Shown: positions 38,421-52,184 of the stretch, piece after piece | Position numbering within the stretch: the first letter of the stretch is position 1 | Layout: every line of letters starts with the position of its first letter | NCBI GenBank assembly: GCA_964016885.1 | Contig: OZ024745.1 | Coordinates: forward strand, 100,936,001 to 101,000,000 | DNA length: 64,000 bases | Direction of reading: 5' to 3' | Source: Eledone cirrhosa | Taxonomy: Eukaryota | Made by a program: the position numbers and the translations under genes | The notes under the pieces: generated by a model | What the model saw: only the letters and a program-made list of their open reading frames with translations | The model's database searches: none | What the model was told of the DNA's origin: nothing

Positions 38421-38789
38421 TCATCAGTGTCTTCATCACATACCTCCATCTCCCCCCTCCCTCGTTACCACTGCCATTGTCGTTATCACAGTCTCAGTAA
38501 GTGGCGACACTATATTGTGTGTGCACTACTAAACAGCAAGGACTAGCTACATAACACACAGCAGGCCAGATGTAACAATCGTCTGAACTCTAGCCTGAAA
38601 CAGAGCTAAGTTAGCCGAAGTACGCAAGATATGTGGATCTAAAGTTGAGATGCTTTCAATGTTGAAACAATTAGAATTAAACATCATTTTTAAAACAATG
38701 GTGTCATTCACTCCAAGTTTCTGCCCCTTGTTTGAAAGAGAAAAAAGCGACTACGGGAGAAAAGAAAGAATGAAAAGTGGATGTGGGTG

Positions 38790-39510
38790 GTGGTTTGGCA
38801 GTATCGGTAGAGCGTGAGACACCATGCTTTGCAGCATAGGAGTTATGACCTTCTACGTTTTGAGTTCAAATCTCGCTGAGGTTAACTTCGCCTTTCATCC
38901 TTACGGCGGTCGATAAAATAAAGCACCAGTAACGTACTGGTGGGTACAAGAAATCCAGAAGACGACATTAAGGGCTACAACAGGGTAAAGACAGAAATAC
39001 TCCGGGAACTCCAACCAATAGAAGATCTCTATGTGGACGGAAGTAACCTCCTACCCCGCCCCAAATTTGCCTTTCATCCTTACGAGGTCGATAAAATAAA
39101 GTACCAGTAATGTACTGGTGGGTACAAGAAATCCAGAAGACGACATTAAGGGCTGCAACAGGGTAAAGACAGAAATACTCCGAGAACTCCAACCAATAGA
39201 AGATCTCCATGTGGACGGAAGTAACCTCCTACTCCGCCCCAAATTTGCCTTTCATCCTTACGAGGTCGATAAAATAAAGTACCAGTAACGTACTGGTGGG
39301 TAGAAGAAATCTAGAAGACGACATTAAGGGCTATAACAGGGTAAAGACAGAAATACTCCGAGAACTCCAACCAATAGAAGATCTCCATGTGGACGGAAGT
39401 AACCTCCTACCCCGCCCCAAATTTGCCTTTCATCCTTTCGAGGTCGATAAAATAAAGTACCAGTAATGCATTGGGGTAATTGCTGGCCTTGTGCCAAAAG
39501 TAGAAAGATT
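38790..39510 (+). repeat. SINE interrupted by three tandem 178 bp units, each containing the SINE core
   Basis: Core GCCTTTCATCC..GTCGATAAAATAAAG recurs at about 38887, 39066, 39244 and 39422. tRNA head precedes the first unit and SINE tail follows the last. Confidence 0.9.
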
Positions 39511-40180
39511 ATTATTATTATTATTACTATGGCGGTGGAAGGGCGATGGATTGGCAATATCGGTAGAGCGTCGGGCAACATGCTTCGTGACATAGAGTTA
39601 TGTCTCTTTACGGTCTGAGTTCAAATTTCCCCGAGGTTAAATTAACCATTCTTCCTTACGGGATCGATAAAATAAAACCCCAGTAATGCACTGGCGTCGA
39701 CTGAATCCACTTTACCTCCTCCCCCTAAAAGTGCTGGCATTGTGCCTACGCAACGAATTGGTAGAAGCGTGAGAGCGACGGATGAAATTCCTTGCGGTAT
39801 ATATTCCTATTCATTGAGTTCCCTTGTTAAAATCCCGTTGCGGTCAAAGTTTCCGTTTTGACCTCGAACACCTGCCCCCACTGACTATCCGATAAATTAT
39901 AAGACTGGGGAAGTGTTTCTTACGGGATCTGTGATGATTCTTAGTAAAGGGAGTAGAAGGAAGAGATACACGTCTATTAAGTAGACATATGTGGAGAAGG
40001 TATACAGTAGGCTAGTTCAAAGGACCAGAAGTAATTTTCTAAAAGCGATAGAAAAGTCATACAGAGAAGGAACAATTAGTGTGGGCTATTAGATGTTATT
40101 GTTGCTGCCGAATTATCAATTTTGTTACCTAATAATGCTTTAGAATAAACTTCTAGGAGAGTACCACGACATTATCAATA

Positions 40181-40590
40181 CTAGCAGAAAACCACCCGTC
40201 GGGTGGTTTTCTGCTAGCATGTGTAGTGTGCATATTGATATTATATGCAAATATACATGCATGTAGATACGTTAAGTTAAATCGTAATTGACAATATGCA
40301 CATAAATTGATGAGAGACTGTATTATACTCTCTTCAGTAAGTAACGTAATCCCTGATACATTTAAAAAAGACGATATTATATATAAACTGCATTACGGTG
40401 AAATGTAATGAAAACGAAAAAGGAGAAAATTAGCGACGGAAATATAAACGTTTTGATATAACGATGAAAATATATGAACGTTTATATAAGCGATATGATA
40501 TGGCATCCGTTATATCATAGCCGGAAGTGTTGACATTTGAAGATTTTAAAAGAAGTCAACCTTAAAATAAGCAATCATTATATATAAGAA
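40181..40590 (-). mobile_element. Probable non-autonomous Helitron with a perfect 37 bp terminal palindrome
   Basis: CTAGCAGAAAACCACCCG-T-CGGGTGGTTTTCTGCTAG at 40181-40217 gives a minus-strand 3' CTAG|T. Opposite end reads TCTTATATATAAT on minus. 40521-40560 resembles the reverse complement of 60595-60632. Confidence 0.5.
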
Positions 40591-40602
40591 TATATATATA
40601 AG

Positions 40603-40735
40603 TTACGTCCCTTTACGGACTGAGTTCAAATCCCGCCGAGGTTAACTTTGCCTTTCATCCTTACGGGGTCGATAAAATAAAGTACCAGTAATACACTAGG
40701 GTAATTGCTGGCCTTGTGCCAAATGTACAAACAAT
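40603..40735 (+). mobile_element. tRNA-derived SINE, 5'-truncated
   Basis: GAGTTCAAATCCCGCCGAGGTTAACTTTGCCTTTCATCCTTACGGGGTCGATAAAATAAAGTACCAGT. Confidence 0.85.
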
Positions 40736-41510
40736 TATATATAAGAATATTTATGTTTAATCAACAGCTACAAAATTTAGTACATAAATTATGTAATATT
40801 CATTCATTATTTTTTCAAAGTAATCCAACTTATTTTACTAACGGGATAAAAAAAATATATATTCACTACACAGTCCCGCACTCCCCCCTTTATTATATTA
40901 TGATATATTTCGCTACTAAACTTTCATGACAACATCTTCGTGTATTTCGGTGAAGTATATTTGGTTAAGATGGAAATACTCTCAATATTCATTACGTTTA
41001 GTTGTATAAAACAGGAAATATTTTGACTTGTGCATTGTGCTTGGAAGCCATAACCCGAGATGAATGTAAGCAAAATAGGTTACAAATTTTCCGAATTCAA
41101 CGGAAACAGCCGTCGATATCTAGTTATTTAGACGATTGCCAATAATATACAGTACTGCCTATAAGTAGTTTATCCGGTCGCAGGTTATTCAAGTGTGCGA
41201 TAAAAATTACGTCCAGATTAAAAGACATACCGAACTATCAGTTACCGAAAATTCAATGCTGCAAACACAAACACGTACACACACACGCACGCCCACGCAC
41301 ACGCACGCGCACACATACACACACACATACATAATCCTTTGCGTCTTCACTTTTAATGGGTCCGTTTTGAGAGAGAGAGTATGTGTGTATGCGTGTGTGC
41401 GTATATATATATATATATATAAAGAATTAGTATATCTACCAACATATATATACGTATATAGGTTTTGTCTTAGTAACTTTGTGGTTCAATGCAAGGGGAT
41501 GCAGAACAAT

Positions 41511-41607
41511 TATATGAAAGATGTAAAATAAGAAAATTATAAAAATTAACTTACTTACTAAAATTTTAGTAAGTAAGTTAATTTTTATAATTTTCTTATT
41601 TTACGTC

Positions 41608-41616
<9 letters not shown>
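41511..41616. repeat. Near-perfect 106 bp palindrome with no spacer
   Basis: 53 bp arms centred at 41563/41564 (ACTAAAA|TTTTAGT), one mismatch, abutting (TA)n. Confidence 0.9.
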
Positions 41617-41647
<31 letters not shown>

Positions 41648-41705
41648 GCTGAAATGCAACCGGTCCTAGTATTGATAACTATGCTGGGTCCGTCAACCAA
41701 TTGTC

Positions 41706-41783
<78 letters not shown>

Positions 41784-41794
41784 TATATATTTCT

Positions 41795-42015
41795 AAGAGA
41801 TGTCAACATGAATGGACCTGTTATTTTTATCTAAAGACATTTTTTCCAATTCCACCCCGCCAGTCCCTTCAATCTTTCTTATTTCTCATTCTTTCTTCTC
41901 ATGAAGGACTAGCGTCCGAAACGTTATGACCATCTTCCTGCTATCTCAAGCTTAACCTAATATATTCCTTCCCTATACTGTACCAATTGTGTTGTTATTT
42001 CTGTTTACCTTTTAC
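41795..42015 (+). mobile_element. Solo pLTR-like element (family B) with mutated hammerhead at 41894-41929
   Basis: TCTT CTCATGA A GGAC-TAGC-GTCC GAAA CGT TA TGA; homologous to 25535-25756; (TA)n on both sides. Confidence 0.7.
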
Positions 42016-42121
42016 ATATATATATATATATGGGTGGGGGATGTATGTGTGTGTACATGTATATGTGTATGTGTGTGTTTTCTGATAGTTGGGTGATACA
42101 TAGCAATATTCTTGATGTGAG

Positions 42122-45100
42122 AAGTACTGAACCACACTATTTAGTACTGGACCACACTATTTAGTACTGGACCACACTAATTAGTACTGGACTACGCTAT
42201 TTAGTACTGAACCACACTATTTAGTACTGAACCACACTATTTAGTACTGAACCACACTATTTAGTACTGGACCACACTATTTAGTACAGGACCACGCTAT
42301 TTAGTACTGGACCACGCTATTTAGTACTGAGCCAAGCTATTTAGTACTGGACCACGTTATTTAGTACTGAACCACGCTATTTAGTACTGGACCACACTAT
42401 TTAGTACTGAGCCAAGCTATTTAGTACTGGACCACGCTATTTAGTACTGAACCACACTATTTAGTACTGGACCACGCTATTTAGTACTGAGTCACGCTAT
42501 TTAGTACTGAACCACACTATTTAGTACTGGACCACGCTATTTAGGACTGGACCCCGCTATTTAGTACTGGACCACACTATTTAGTACTGGACCACACTAT
42601 TTAGTACTGAGCCACACTATTTAGTACTGAACCACGCTATTTAGTACTGGACCACACTATTTAGTACTGAACCACACTATTTAGTACTGACCCAAGCTAT
42701 TTAGTACAGAACCACACTATTTAGTACTGAGCCAAGCTATTTAGTACTGGACCACACTATTTAGTACTGAACCACACTATTTAGTACTGAACCACGCTAT
42801 TTAGTGCTGGACCACACTATTTAGTACTGGACCACACTATTTAGTACTGAGCCACACTATTTAGTACTGAACCACACTATTTAGTACTGAGCCAATCTAT
42901 TTAGTACTGAACCACGCTATTTAGTAGTGAGCCAAACTATTTAGTACTGAACCACACTATTTAGTACTGAACCACGCTATTTAGTACTGAACCACGCTAT
43001 TTAGTACTGGACCACGCTATTTAGTACTAAACCACGCTATTTAGTACTGAACCACGCTATTTAGTACTGAACCACGCTATTTAGTACTGAGTCAAGCTAT
43101 TTATACATATATATATACTGAACCACACTTTTTAGTACTGAGTCAAGCTATTTAGTACTGAACCACGCTATTTAGTAGTGAGTCAAGCTATTTAGTACTG
43201 AACCACGCTATTTAGTACTGAACCACGCTATTTAGTACTGAACCACGCTATTTAGTACTGGACCACGCTATTTAGTACTGAACCACACTATTTAGTACTG
43301 AGCCAAGCTATTTAGTACTGAACCACGCTATTTAGTACTGGACCACGCTATTTAGTACTAAAACAGGCTATTTAGTACTGAACCACGCTATTTAGTACTG
43401 AACCACGCTATTTAGTACTGAGTCAAGCTATTTATACATATATATATACTGAACCACACTATTTAGTACTGAACCAAGCTATTTAGTACTGAACCACGCT
43501 ATTTAGTAGTGAGCCAAGCTATTTAGTACTGAACCACGCTATTTAGTACTGAACCACGCTATTTAGTACGGGACCACGCTATTTAGTACTAAACCACGCT
43601 ATTTAGTACTGAACCACGCTAATTAGTACTGGACCACGCTATTTAGTACTGAGCCAAGCTATTTAGTACTGGACCACGTTATTTAGTAGTGAGCCAAGCT
43701 ATTTAGTACTGAACCACGCTATTTAGTACTGAACCACGCTATTTAGTACGGGACCACGCTATTTAGTACTAAACCACGCTATTTAGTACTGAACCACGCT
43801 ATTTAGTACTGGACCACGCTATTTAGTACTGAGCCAAGCTATTTAGTACTGGACCACGTTATTTAGTACTGAACCACGCTATTTAGTACTGGACCACACT
43901 ATTTAGTACTGAGCCAAGCTATTTAGTACTGGACCACGCTATTTAGTACTGAACCACACTATTTAGTACTGGACCACGCTATTTAGTACTGAGTCACGCT
44001 ATTTAGTACTGAACCACACTATTTAGTACTGGACCACGCTATTTAGTACTGGACCCCGCTATTTAGTACTGGACCACACTATTTAGTACTGGACCACACT
44101 ATTTAGTACTGAGCCACACTATTTAGTACTGAACCACGCTATTTAGTACTGGACCACACTATTTAGTACTGAACCACACTATTTAGTACTGACCCAAGCT
44201 ATTTAGTACAGAACCACACTATTTAGTACTGAGCCAAGCTATTTAGTACTGGACCACACTATTTAGTACTGAACCACACTATTTAGTACTGAACCACGCT
44301 ATTTAGTGCTGGACCACACTATTTAGTACTGGACCACACTATTTAGTACTGAGCCACACTATTTAGTACTGAACCACACTATTTAGTACTGAGCCAATCT
44401 ATTTAGTACTGAACCACGCTATTTAGTAGTGAGCCAAACTATTTAGTACTGAACCACACTATTTAGTACTGAACCACGCTATTTAGTACTGAACCACGCT
44501 ATTTAGTACTGGACCACGCTATTTAGTACTAAACCACGCTATTTAGTACTGAACCACGCTATTTAGTACTGAACCACGCTATTTAGTACTGAGTCAAGCT
44601 ATTTATACATATATATATACTGAACCACACTTTTTAGTACTGAGTCAAGCTATTTAGTACTGAACCACGCTATTTAGTAGTGAGTCAAGCTATTTAGTAC
44701 TGAACCACGCTATTTAGTACTGAACCACGCTATTTAGTACTGAACCACGCTATTTAGTACTGGACCACGCTATTTAATACTGAACCACACTATTTAGTAC
44801 TGAGCCAAGCTATTTAGTACTGAACCACGCTATTTAGTACTGGACCACGCTATTTAGTACTAAAACAGGCTATTTAGTACTGAACCACGCTATTTAGTAC
44901 TGAACCACGCTATTTAGTACTGAGTCAAGCTATTTATACATATATATATACTGAACCACACTATTTAGTACTGAACCAAGCTATTTAGTACTGAACCACG
45001 CTATTTAGTAGTGAGCCAAGCTATTTAGTACTGAACCACGCTATTTAGTACTGAACCACGCTATTTAGTACGGGACCACGCTATTTAGTACTAAACCACG

Positions 45101-45755
45101 CTATTTAGTACTGAACCACGCTAATTAGTACTGAGTCAAGCTATTTATACATATATATATACTGAACCACACTATTTAGTACTGAGCGAAGCTATTTAGT
45201 ACTGAACCACACTATTTAGTACTGAACCACGCTAGTTAGTACTGGACCACGCTATTTAGTACTAAACCACGTTATTTAGTACTGAGTCAAGCTATTTAGT
45301 ACTGAACCACGCTATTTAGTACTGAACCACGCTATTTAGTACTGAACCACACTATTTAGTAATGAGCCAAGCTATTTAGTACTGAACCACACTATTTAGT
45401 ACTGAACCACGCTATTTAGTACTGAACCACACAATTTAGTACTGAGCCACGCTATTTAGTACTGAACCACACTATTTAGTACTGAGCCAAACTATTTAGT
45501 ACTGAAACACGCTATTTATTTCTGAACCACGCTATTTAGTACTGAACCACACTATTTAGTACTGAGCCACGCTATTTAGTACTGAACCACACTATTTAGT
45601 ACTGAACCACACTATTTAGTACTGAAACACGCTATTTATTTCTGAACCACGCTATTTAGAACTGAACCACACTATTTAGTAATGAGCCACGCTACTTCGT
45701 ACTGAACCACACTATTTAGTACTGAGCCACGCTACTTCGTACTGAACCATGCTAT
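42122..45755. repeat. 20 bp tandem satellite (TAGTACTGAACCACGCTATT), about 180 copies, with a ~1.5 kb higher-order duplication
   Basis: Regular 20 bp period; rare variants recur 1502 bp apart (GGACCCCGCT at 42549/44051; TTATACATATATATATAC at 43101/44603). Confidence 0.97.
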
Positions 45756-46639
45756 TACATTGCATCGTCGGAGAAGTGAAAGAATGAAAAGTTAAATTAC
45801 CTCGCAGTGATTTGGACTTTGATCCTAAAACACTGAAACAAATACTGAAAAGTAATTTGTTAGAAGTTCGAAGGATGCCGCCATTACATTGCTTTAATAG
45901 ATATATAAATGCATTGGTATGTGTGCGCACACATACACACTTGCGCACCCCACATCTCTCCTCTTCCGACCATCGCTTCATGGAATACTCGTATGTGTAA
46001 CTTGACCACCACAGAATCCACTAAACATCACAGGATTTTACCAACTTTTCAACCATCCTCTTACGTAATCACCTATATAACTCACCCACACACACACCCC
46101 AAAAAAATTTGTTTCTCCACACGCCACCTACACCTACAACACGCTTAAACCCCACACACACGTGCTTTCCACCACATATTTACACCCTCAGCCTCCTGAT
46201 TCCTCTCCCCCCACCCCTCTATCCACACACGCACAGACACTCCGACCTACAACCCCCCCCCCCCCCCCCCCCCCACACACACACACATCTCTTCCTGAAC
46301 ATGCAACCCCGTTCTTCCCCCAACCCTTACTTTCACATACACACACACGTACACCTACACACACACACCACCTTCAGCCCTCCCCGCTCGGACACCCCGT
46401 CTCCCTCTCCCCACTCCACCCGCCACCACCCCTACACACCCCACACCCTTCCACCACCTGTTTTATCCCCCTTTTAATTTCAGTTTATTTTGATTATGCT
46501 TTTATATTTAAATTTATTTCATTCCTTGTATTTTGATCATGCTTTATTTTTAATTTTAATTTCATTCGCACCGTTTCCTTTCGCTATATGTCTCTCCACC
46601 ACTCCCCTACACACCCTTTGAACTCTGTTCCCACACACT

Positions 46640-46765
46640 TCTCACCTGAGGAAGGGCTTATGCCCGAAACGTCGTTCCCCACCAACACCCCACTCTCCAG
46701 AGCGTGAAATTAATAAACATTCGTTGTACTGCCTCTCTGTTTTGTTCCTGTTCAAATGTTTCCAT
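46640..46765 (+). mobile_element. Penelope-type pLTR with minimal hammerhead-like motif (family D) and AATAAA tail
   Basis: CTGAGGA A GGGC-TTAT-GCCC GAAA C GTC at 46646-46673, with only a 2 bp stem I. Tail TAATAAAC..TTGTACTGCCTCTCTGTTTTGTTCC also at 24880-24935 (+) and 16725-16780 (-). Confidence 0.6.
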
Positions 46766-46861
46766 TATATATATATATACGTTATTCCGGGTTGAATCGG
46801 AGGTAACCACAGTAAGTAAGGTACTCAATACATTGCAGAGTATAACAGTTTTAATATAGAT

Positions 46862-46914
46862 GAGATTCTACAGGACTAGAACTGTTTCATTCTTTAGAAA
46901 TCATCAGGAATCTC
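46862..46914 (-). ncRNA. Type I hammerhead ribozyme (family E), left arm of palindrome
   Basis: Exact reverse complement of 46915-46967. Confidence 0.75.
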
Positions 46915-46967
46915 GAGATTCCTGATGATTTCTAAAGAATGAAACAGTTCTAGTCCTGTAGAATCTC
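46915..46967 (+). ncRNA. Type I hammerhead ribozyme (family E), right arm of palindrome
   Basis: Stem I GAGATTC/GAATCTC; CTGATGA; stem II T-TTC-TAAA-GAA-T; GAAA; stem III ACAG/CTGT with 8 nt loop; GUA cleavage triplet ending at 46960. Confidence 0.75.
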
Positions 46968-46978
46968 ATCTCTATTAA

Positions 46979-47500
<522 letters not shown>

Positions 47501-47527
47501 CGCGACTATATATATATGTGTGGTGTG

Positions 47528-47571
<44 letters not shown>

Positions 47572-47659
47572 CACGTGTGTGGATGCGTGCGTGTGTGTTC
47601 TCTATATAAATGTGAATGCATATATGTGTATATATATATATTTTGGACATATATATTTG

Positions 47660-47711
<52 letters not shown>

Positions 47712-48911
47712 CTGTCTGTGTGTGTATGTGTGTGTGCATGTGTGTGTTTGTGTGTGTTAATAGAAATAGAGAGGGAGAAGGGAGCCAATTTATTAAAGAA
47801 TAAAAGAGGGCATAAAAGAGGGGAAATGAAAAAATTGAATGGTTGGCAAATGGAGATAATATAGAAGAAAATAAAAGGAAAATAAAAACTAAAAACTAAA
47901 TACAAAGTAACTTGAAAAAAGAGCGGGAGAAGAATGAATAAAAGAGATTAAAGCGAGCGGGAGTGTGTGTGTGGGGGGGGGGGGGGGTAAATGGGAGAAA
48001 CTAGTCAGGGTGGAAAAAGAGAAGATAAAGATATATAGAAAAGCTAGTGAAAGAATCTTAGTAGAAAGAGTTCGATCCATTACAATACATTACCACATAA
48101 ATATTGCACCACTTCAAAATATGTATGGAGCCTCCGGGGTTTCAGCGAATTTCAACCCCAAGGAAGAATTATATTAACCCTTAGGTCGCAGGCTTCGTGT
48201 TTATTAATAAGCGAGTCACCATTAATTACCGAATTGAACTTTAAGGGTCAGAGCGTGTGTGAGTGTAATATATATGTATGTAGGTGTTTAGTGTGTGTGT
48301 GTGTCATTATATATGTGTATGTATGTGTATGTTTGTGTTTAGTGTGTTTAGTGTGTGTGTGTGTGTATCATTTTATAAGTGTATGTATGTGTTTAGTATG
48401 TGTCATTATATATGTGTATGAATGTGTATGTATGTCTTCAGTGTGTGTGTTTGTGTCATTATATATGTGTATGTATGTGTTTAGTGTGTGTGTGTCATTA
48501 TACACTGTATATGTATGTAGGTGTTTAGTGTGTTTAGTGTGTGTTATTATATAAGTGTATGTATGTGTTTAGTGTGTGTGTGTCATTATACGCTGCATAT
48601 GTATGTAAGTGTTTAGTGTGTTTAGTGTGTTATTATATAAGTGTATGTATGTGTTTAGTATGTGTATGTATCGTAATATATATGTGTATGTGTTTTGTGT
48701 GTTTTGTGTGTTTCTGTGTGTGTGTGTGTGTATGCATGTATATCTGTATATATATATATTTGTATGTGTTCAAGTATGTATGTACATGTAGGTATATATG
48801 TGCATGCATGTATGTATGTATAAGTAAGTATATACGTGTATATATATATACATACATACATATATATATATATATACATCTATATATATATATGTGTGTG
48901 TGTCTGTGTGT

Positions 48912-49001
<90 letters not shown>

Positions 49002-49048
49002 GTATATATATATATGTATGTAATACTTACTTATACATACATACATGC

Positions 49049-49117
49049 ATATACCAGCATTGTATTATTTTATTGCCCTGTGTTGTTTTATTTGAATTTG
49101 TTTTTAAAAACATACAT

Positions 49118-49211
<94 letters not shown>

Positions 49212-49282
49212 GTATGTGTATGTATGTTTTTAAATTCAAATAAAACAATACAGGGCAATAAAATAATACAATGTTGGTATAT
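49049..49282. repeat. Inverted repeat (~70 bp arms) enclosing a (CA)n(TA)n tract
   Basis: ATATACCAGCATTGTATTATTTTATTGCCCTG..CATACATACAC pairs with GTGTATGTATG..CAGGGCAATAAAATAATACAATGTTGGTATAT. Confidence 0.85.
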
Positions 49283-49467
49283 TAGTTTAACGTCGGAAAA
49301 GAGGGAAAGAGAGAAAAGAAAATGGAGGATAGACGAAAGTAAAAAGGAAAAGACGAAAAATGGTACAGAGTAGAAAAGCAGGTGCTGTTAGTCAACCATC
49401 TTGGTAAGAATAGTATGAAACTCCAGTCCTTTGAATCATCGATGTAATTTCACGTTTAAAATAATGT

Positions 49468-49520
<53 letters not shown>

Positions 49521-49786
49521 TAGGTGTGACACACGAGTTATGATATATTAGTAAAAAGGAAAAAAACTGCTGAAACATTTTTTACAGTGAAAAATAGTTT
49601 AATTAGAGCAAAAATCATGAGCATTCTTTCTCAAAATTATTTTTGAAAAGCATAAGAAATGCGCAACCGGTAAGAACTTAAAACTAAAACTGAATACTAA
49701 CTAATACTTATTACTAATTTATACTTATTCCTAATTAAACTATTTTTCACTGGGAAAAATTTGTCAGTATTTTCTTTTCCTTTTTA

Positions 49787-49977
<191 letters not shown>

Positions 49978-50317
49978 TTAAGTCGTTTGGAAGCCTCGAC
50001 AATGCAAATGGGTAAATCTCCGGGTAACAAGGTCCGGTGGTGGAGAGAGAGATGTGGAGAGAGAGATGTAAGTGGGTGTACGTTGAGATGCGTGGTGTGT
50101 ATAATATGTGTGAGATGTGTAGAGTGAAGGGAAGAGTATAAAGGATAAAAATAAAAATAAAAATAAAAATAACAACACAAGAGATAGTTACCTTGGGAGA
50201 GATTTAATAGTCCCTATATATTTCGGATTCACATCCATCAACTGGGGTTTTTTTCCGGGGTGGGGGAAAAGGTTGTCTGTTGGACAACTCGGAACGCGTC
50301 TTTCGCTGTTTGTTGAT

Positions 50318-50353
<36 letters not shown>

Positions 50354-50462
50354 ATAATAATAAATTTGAAGACTAAAATCCAAAGAGGGCTCGATAAGGA
50401 TAAATATATATATCAAATATATAAGAACAGTAGAGCAAATATTTATTAAAATAACAGATTAA

Positions 50463-50510
50463 AGTTTAAGCAAAGAATCGCTGCTTTCACCCTTAACGGG
50501 ATCTTCTAAA
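50463..50510 (-). ncRNA. Hammerhead-like motif family C, 5'-damaged copy
   Basis: Minus strand AGAAGA TCCCGTTAAGGGT GAAA GCA..TGC TT AAACT; the first core C is missing. Confidence 0.5.
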
Positions 50511-50523
50511 TATATATATATAT

Positions 50524-50739
50524 GTAGAGGTTATATTTAATTTGTTGGGATACAACAAGCTAAATTCCAAACAGAATGGTTGCATTTTTTAAGGGTATGT
50601 CAATATTTATTTATAAAACTAACCTATATTATATTTTATCTGATGAAAGCGCACCATAGTTTGCTCTGGTGGCCCTTGAAATATGTATAATGAAATAAAT
50701 ATGGTTTTATAAATATAGTTTCCATTTGTTAATATATTG
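50524..50739 (+). mobile_element. 216 bp non-autonomous relative of the 115-1835 Penelope-like element
   Basis: Shares the first 25 nt (GTAGARGTTRTATTTAATTTGTTGG) and the last ~170 nt, including the hammerhead; in (TA)n. Confidence 0.75.
50632..50697 (+). ncRNA. Minimal type I hammerhead ribozyme (family A)
   Basis: TATTTTAT CTGATGA AAGCGCACCA-loop-TGGTGGCCCTT GAAA TATGTA TA ATGAAATA. Confidence 0.85.
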
Positions 50740-51705
50740 TATATATATATATGTGTGTGTGTGTGTCTGTGTGTGTGTTAATGTATTAAGTATTATACTC
50801 TTGAATTGGACGGAGATGAACATTCCAGATATCTAGGTATGACTTTCTTTATTTATTCTTTGTATGAAATATTGATTGTTTTTCCGGTCTCTCGTGTCCG
50901 TTTTTGCCTGAGAAAATACCTATATGTGTGTATAAATAATACATACATATATTTATATTCTTTTTTAATATCCAATTGAGTTCTTCACGCGTGGTTAAAA
51001 TTCATGACAGAATTGATTGACCTGCGTATATATTATTTTATGTTTTACGATGACCTCCGTTTGGGGACAGTGTGAAATTTCTTTGTGTGAGATTTCTGGA
51101 ATTTCAAATTTGGCGGTCACTCTAACAATGACGGGGACCATCGCTGAAATATTAATAACGTGCACCGTTAATGTAGTTTTCAGTGAGGTTCAGCATGTCA
51201 CAGTGACAAGCTGAAACATAGGTCCAACTCATTTTCCCAGCTGAGTGAAATAGTGCCTTGCTCAAGAACAAAAGGTGTCACTGGGAAGTGAAATTATGAT
51301 CAAAAGTACCAGTAATACACAGGGTATTTGCTGACCTTGTGCCAAAAGTAGAAACAATTAATATCACTATGTTTTTTTGTATATTGATATTACTGGGCAT
51401 CCACTGATGATTTATAAGTGCCCACCTGCATATATACCTATGGACTATGTGCAGGCTTCTACATAACCTGGACATTATTTTCCCAACTTGTAGAAAACTT
51501 ATAATGAAACAATCGTTTGGAAGGAGAGATGTATTTAATTATGTCTCATATAAGGCTATCTCATACAGCCGGTTATCTGCAAAATACAATATAGTTAGCA
51601 CGCCAAACATATAATTGGGACTATACTCAGGTATATCCTAATGTTTGTTGAGTGAGATAGATGTCGGTCGGAGTATTACTTAAAGCTTTCTTCTCTGTTA
51701 ATGTA

Positions 51706-51792
<87 letters not shown>

Positions 51793-51899
51793 TGTGTGTG
51801 TGTGTGTGTGTGTGTAAGTATGTATGCATACGTACATGCTTACATTTAAGCATGTGCCGTACTAAGAGTGAGAAATGAAATTTCGTTTCATTCTATTCC

Positions 51900-51983
<84 letters not shown>

Positions 51984-52119
51984 ATATACATACAAACAAA
52001 CCGACCATTATAATAAATGTTCGGTAAACCCATACGTACATATATATATATATATACATCCACATACATACATATACACACACATACATATATACACACA
52101 CACAAATATATATACACGC

Positions 52120-52169
<50 letters not shown>

Positions 52170-52184
52170 GCACACACATATGTA

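Noticed and set aside
37005-38546. Long His-, Thr-, Pro- or Val-rich ORFs (mucin/extensin-like)
   Set aside because: Open in several frames because (CAC)n lacks stops; no signal peptide or splice context.
42122-45755. CRISPR-like or coding repeat (20 bp period)
   Set aside because: The variable part is only a few substitutions, and stop codons recur throughout.
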